Below, piece after piece: positions 62,110 through 64,000 of a stretch of 64,000 nucleotides of DNA. The notes under the pieces were generated by a model. That model was given only the letters and a program-made list of their open reading frames with translations, ran no database searches and was not told the origin of the DNA. The DNA is from Acidobacteriota bacterium (GTDB lineage Bacteria; Acidobacteriota; Vicinamibacteria; Vicinamibacterales; UBA2999): the NCBI GenBank assembly GCA_016213695.1, contig JACQZV010000025.1:14965-78964 (forward strand). The letters are read 5' to 3'. Positions within the stretch are counted from its first letter, which is position 1; every line of letters starts with the position of its first letter. The position numbers and the translations under genes are program-made.

Positions 62110-63357
62110 TCACGCTCCCGCAATGGCGTTCGTGACGCTTCCGTCCCGCGCGACCCGCCACGGCTGGATGCCGTTGAAGTGGTCGGCCTGATAGAAGTAG
62201 TCGACGGTGGTGTTGAAGATCCTGGCGGCCTCCTCGATGGTCGGCTGCACTTCGCCCCGGTCGTCCGTGCAGCGCGCCTGGATCACGCACTCCTCGCCGT
62301 TCCACTTCCACGGGAAACGGAAGCGCGTATGCGCGTGCCGGAGCACCGGCTGCTGCAGCTGCGCCTCCTGGTAGGTCTTGCCGCCGTCGGTCGAGACGTC
62401 GACCCTGCGAACGAGAGTGCCGCCGGTCCACGCCAGCCCCGTGATCTCGTGGAACCCCGGGCCGGGCACCCGCATGCCGCCCGACGGCCGCGTGATCACG
62501 GCTTTCGGTCCGAGCTCGAACCGGTACCACAGGCCCTTGCCGTCGGCAGCGGTGTCGGCGTTGTTCCCGGCCTCATGCCACGTCGCATACGGCTTGTCGA
62601 CGACGTGGATGCGGTTCAGCCACTTGACGGCGCGGATGGCTTCCCAGCCCGGGGCGATCAGTCGCAAGGGGAAGCCCTGATGCGGGCGTATCGGCTCGCC
62701 GTTCTGGGCGTAGGCGACGATGGTGTCGTCGAGCGCCTTCGCCAGAGGAATGCTCATCGTGTACTTGTTCGTCTCGCCGCCTTCCGCGATGACCCAGGTC
62801 GCCTTCGACTGGACGCCGCATTCCTTGAGGAGCACCGACAGCAGCACGCCGGTCCATTCACTGCAGCTCGTGCGGCCGTGAATGAGCTGCACCGACTCGC
62901 GGTTCGGGCCGCGCAGCGGCCGGCTGTTGGCGTTGCACTCGAGGAAATGGATGCGCGACACCGACGGGAAGCGCCGGATCTCGTCCATCGTGAAGGTGAG
63001 CGGGCGGTCCACCATGCCGTGCAGCATCAGGCGGTGCGTCCGGGGATCGATGTCGGGAATCCCGTTGGTGTGGTCCATCAGGAAGTGGAGCCCGGACGGC
63101 GTGATGATCCCGTCGAGATCCTGCAGGGGCGTCATCAAGGCGGTGTCCGTGATCGCCGTGGGCCGGGCCGTCGTCCGACGGACCACGGTGCTGGCGAACT
63201 TGGAGGGCTGGCCGTAGGCGAGCAGTCCCTGCGGCTCGTAGGGGGCCGGTGCGGGGGTCTGGCCCCGGACCGACCGGATGGCGCCCATGACGAAGGCCGC
63301 CAGGGCGCCGCCGCTCGTCAGAAAGCGCCGGCGATCGGAACTGGAGTGCGAACCCAT
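62110..63357 (-). CDS. sulfite-oxidase-family molybdopterin oxidoreductase (SorA-like), Tat-exported
   Basis: ATG at 63357 is preceded by AAGGAG. Twin-arginine signal SDRRRFLTSGGALAAF. Contains FLECNANS, the conserved Mo-ligand Cys region, and a dimerisation domain. Confidence 0.85.
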   Translation of the reverse strand: MGSHSSSDRRRFLTSGGALAAFVMGAIRSVRGQTPAPAPYEPQGLLAYGQPSKFASTVVRRTTARPTAITDTALMTPLQDLDGIITPSGLHFLMDHTNGIPDIDPRTHRLMLHGMVDRPLTFTMDEIRRFPSVSRIHFLECNANSRPLRGPNRESVQLIHGRTSCSEWTGVLLSVLLKECGVQSKATWVIAEGGETNKYTMSIPLAKALDDTIVAYAQNGEPIRPHQGFPLRLIAPGWEAIRAVKWLNRIHVVDKPYATWHEAGNNADTAADGKGLWYRFELGPKAVITRPSGGMRVPGPGFHEITGLAWTGGTLVRRVDVSTDGGKTYQEAQLQQPVLRHAHTRFRFPWKWNGEECVIQARCTDDRGEVQPTIEEAARIFNTTVDYFYQADHFNGIQPWRVARDGSVTNAIAGA

Positions 63358-63415
63358 GGGAGGTTCTCCTTCCGAAGTTGTCAAAAAGTCCGGCCATAGT
63401 AGCATGCTCGGTCAC

Positions 63416-64000
63416 CATGACGACCCGCCTCCATCGCATCGCAGTGCTCCTCGTCGCCGGCTTTGTCTGCGGCGCGCCGCCGGCGGCCGCGCAGACGCCG
63501 CCGCCGCGCCCGCTCTACGACCGCTACACGGAGCCGATCCACCTGTACACGGTCGGCCTGGGCACGTTCACCCGGCCGATCTCGTCGACAAACACAGAGG
63601 CGCAGGCGTTCTTCGACCAGGGCTTTCAGATGATGTTCGCCTTCGCCAAGGCGGAGGCCGTGCGCTCGTTCCGCGAAGCGTGGAAGCGCGATCCCCAGTG
63701 CGCGATCTGCTACTGGGGCGAGGCGTGGGCGTGGGGGTCGTACCTCAACGCGCCGATGACCGCCGAGGAGGCGCCGCACGCGTATGCCGCGGCGCAGAAG
63801 GCGCTGGCGCTCCGGACCCGCGCCACCGAACAGGAGCGGGCGCTCATCGAGGCACTGGCGGTCCGGTACGTGGCGACATTCGATGCTTCCACCCGAGTGG
63901 AGCAGGACCGTGCGTATGCCGCGGCCATGGACACGCTGGCGGCGCGGTATCCCGACGATCTCGACATCGCCACGCTCTATGCCGACGCGCTCTTCCTGCT
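63416..64000 (+). CDS. hypothetical secreted helical-repeat (TPR-like) protein; only the 5' part is present because the gene runs off the right edge
   Basis: Hand translation from ATG 63416 gives MTTRLHRIAVLLVAGFVCGAPPAAAQ...EAQAFFDQGFQMMFAFAKAEAVRSFREAWKRDPQCAICYWGEAWAWG.... The frame stays open to the end of the window and is not in the ORF track. Confidence 0.5.

Overview
The window is a high-GC (about 70%) bacterial chromosomal segment made up mostly of housekeeping genes. The gene content, including a TonB-dependent receptor with a carboxypeptidase-regulatory-like N-terminus and SGFSRT/VRLKPDTT-type REP hairpins, suggests Acidobacteriota, but this is a low-confidence inference. The core is a complete division/cell-wall (dcw) cluster on the + strand at 16.8-33.4 kb: mraZ-rsmH-ftsL-ftsI-murE-murF-mraY-murD-ftsW-murG-murC-ftsQ-ftsA-ftsZ. 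Upstream on the - strand, a long co-directional array runs ychF, GT4, three GT2 polyprenyl-phosphate-sugar-synthase-like genes, two SDR epimerase/dehydratases, a secreted protein, a GNAT, yqeY and murJ. Downstream lie a radical-SAM gene, a spoVG-like gene, acpS, pgeF, a PQQ dehydrogenase, and the - strand array mutS2-dnaG-rpoD-tRNA(Met)-Zn-ribbon-rnhA. Further on are a PP2C phosphatase, a DUF4143-type ATPase, an NHL protein, a cytochrome c peroxidase, a TonB-dependent receptor, a methyltransferase, larB, a membrane GT2 coupled to citrate synthase, vapBC and a sorAB-like sulfite dehydrogenase. No rRNA genes, CRISPR arrays, transposases or integrases were seen. The most unusual item is a roughly 1.6-kb low-GC insertion exactly at the 3' end of ftsZ. 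It is bounded by a perfect 45-bp direct repeat that rebuilds the FtsZ C-terminal peptide, and it carries one secreted, internally duplicated protein of unknown family. Other points of interest are a family of short-period (7-8 nt) tandem-repeat palindromes at gene ends, a 285-nt highly structured spacer inside the dcw cluster, a phased GTGGA x3 putative MraZ operator, and a tRNA embedded in an mRNA operon 9 nt from the next start codon. All calls rest on reading the sequence and ORF track and on remembered family motifs; no searches were run.
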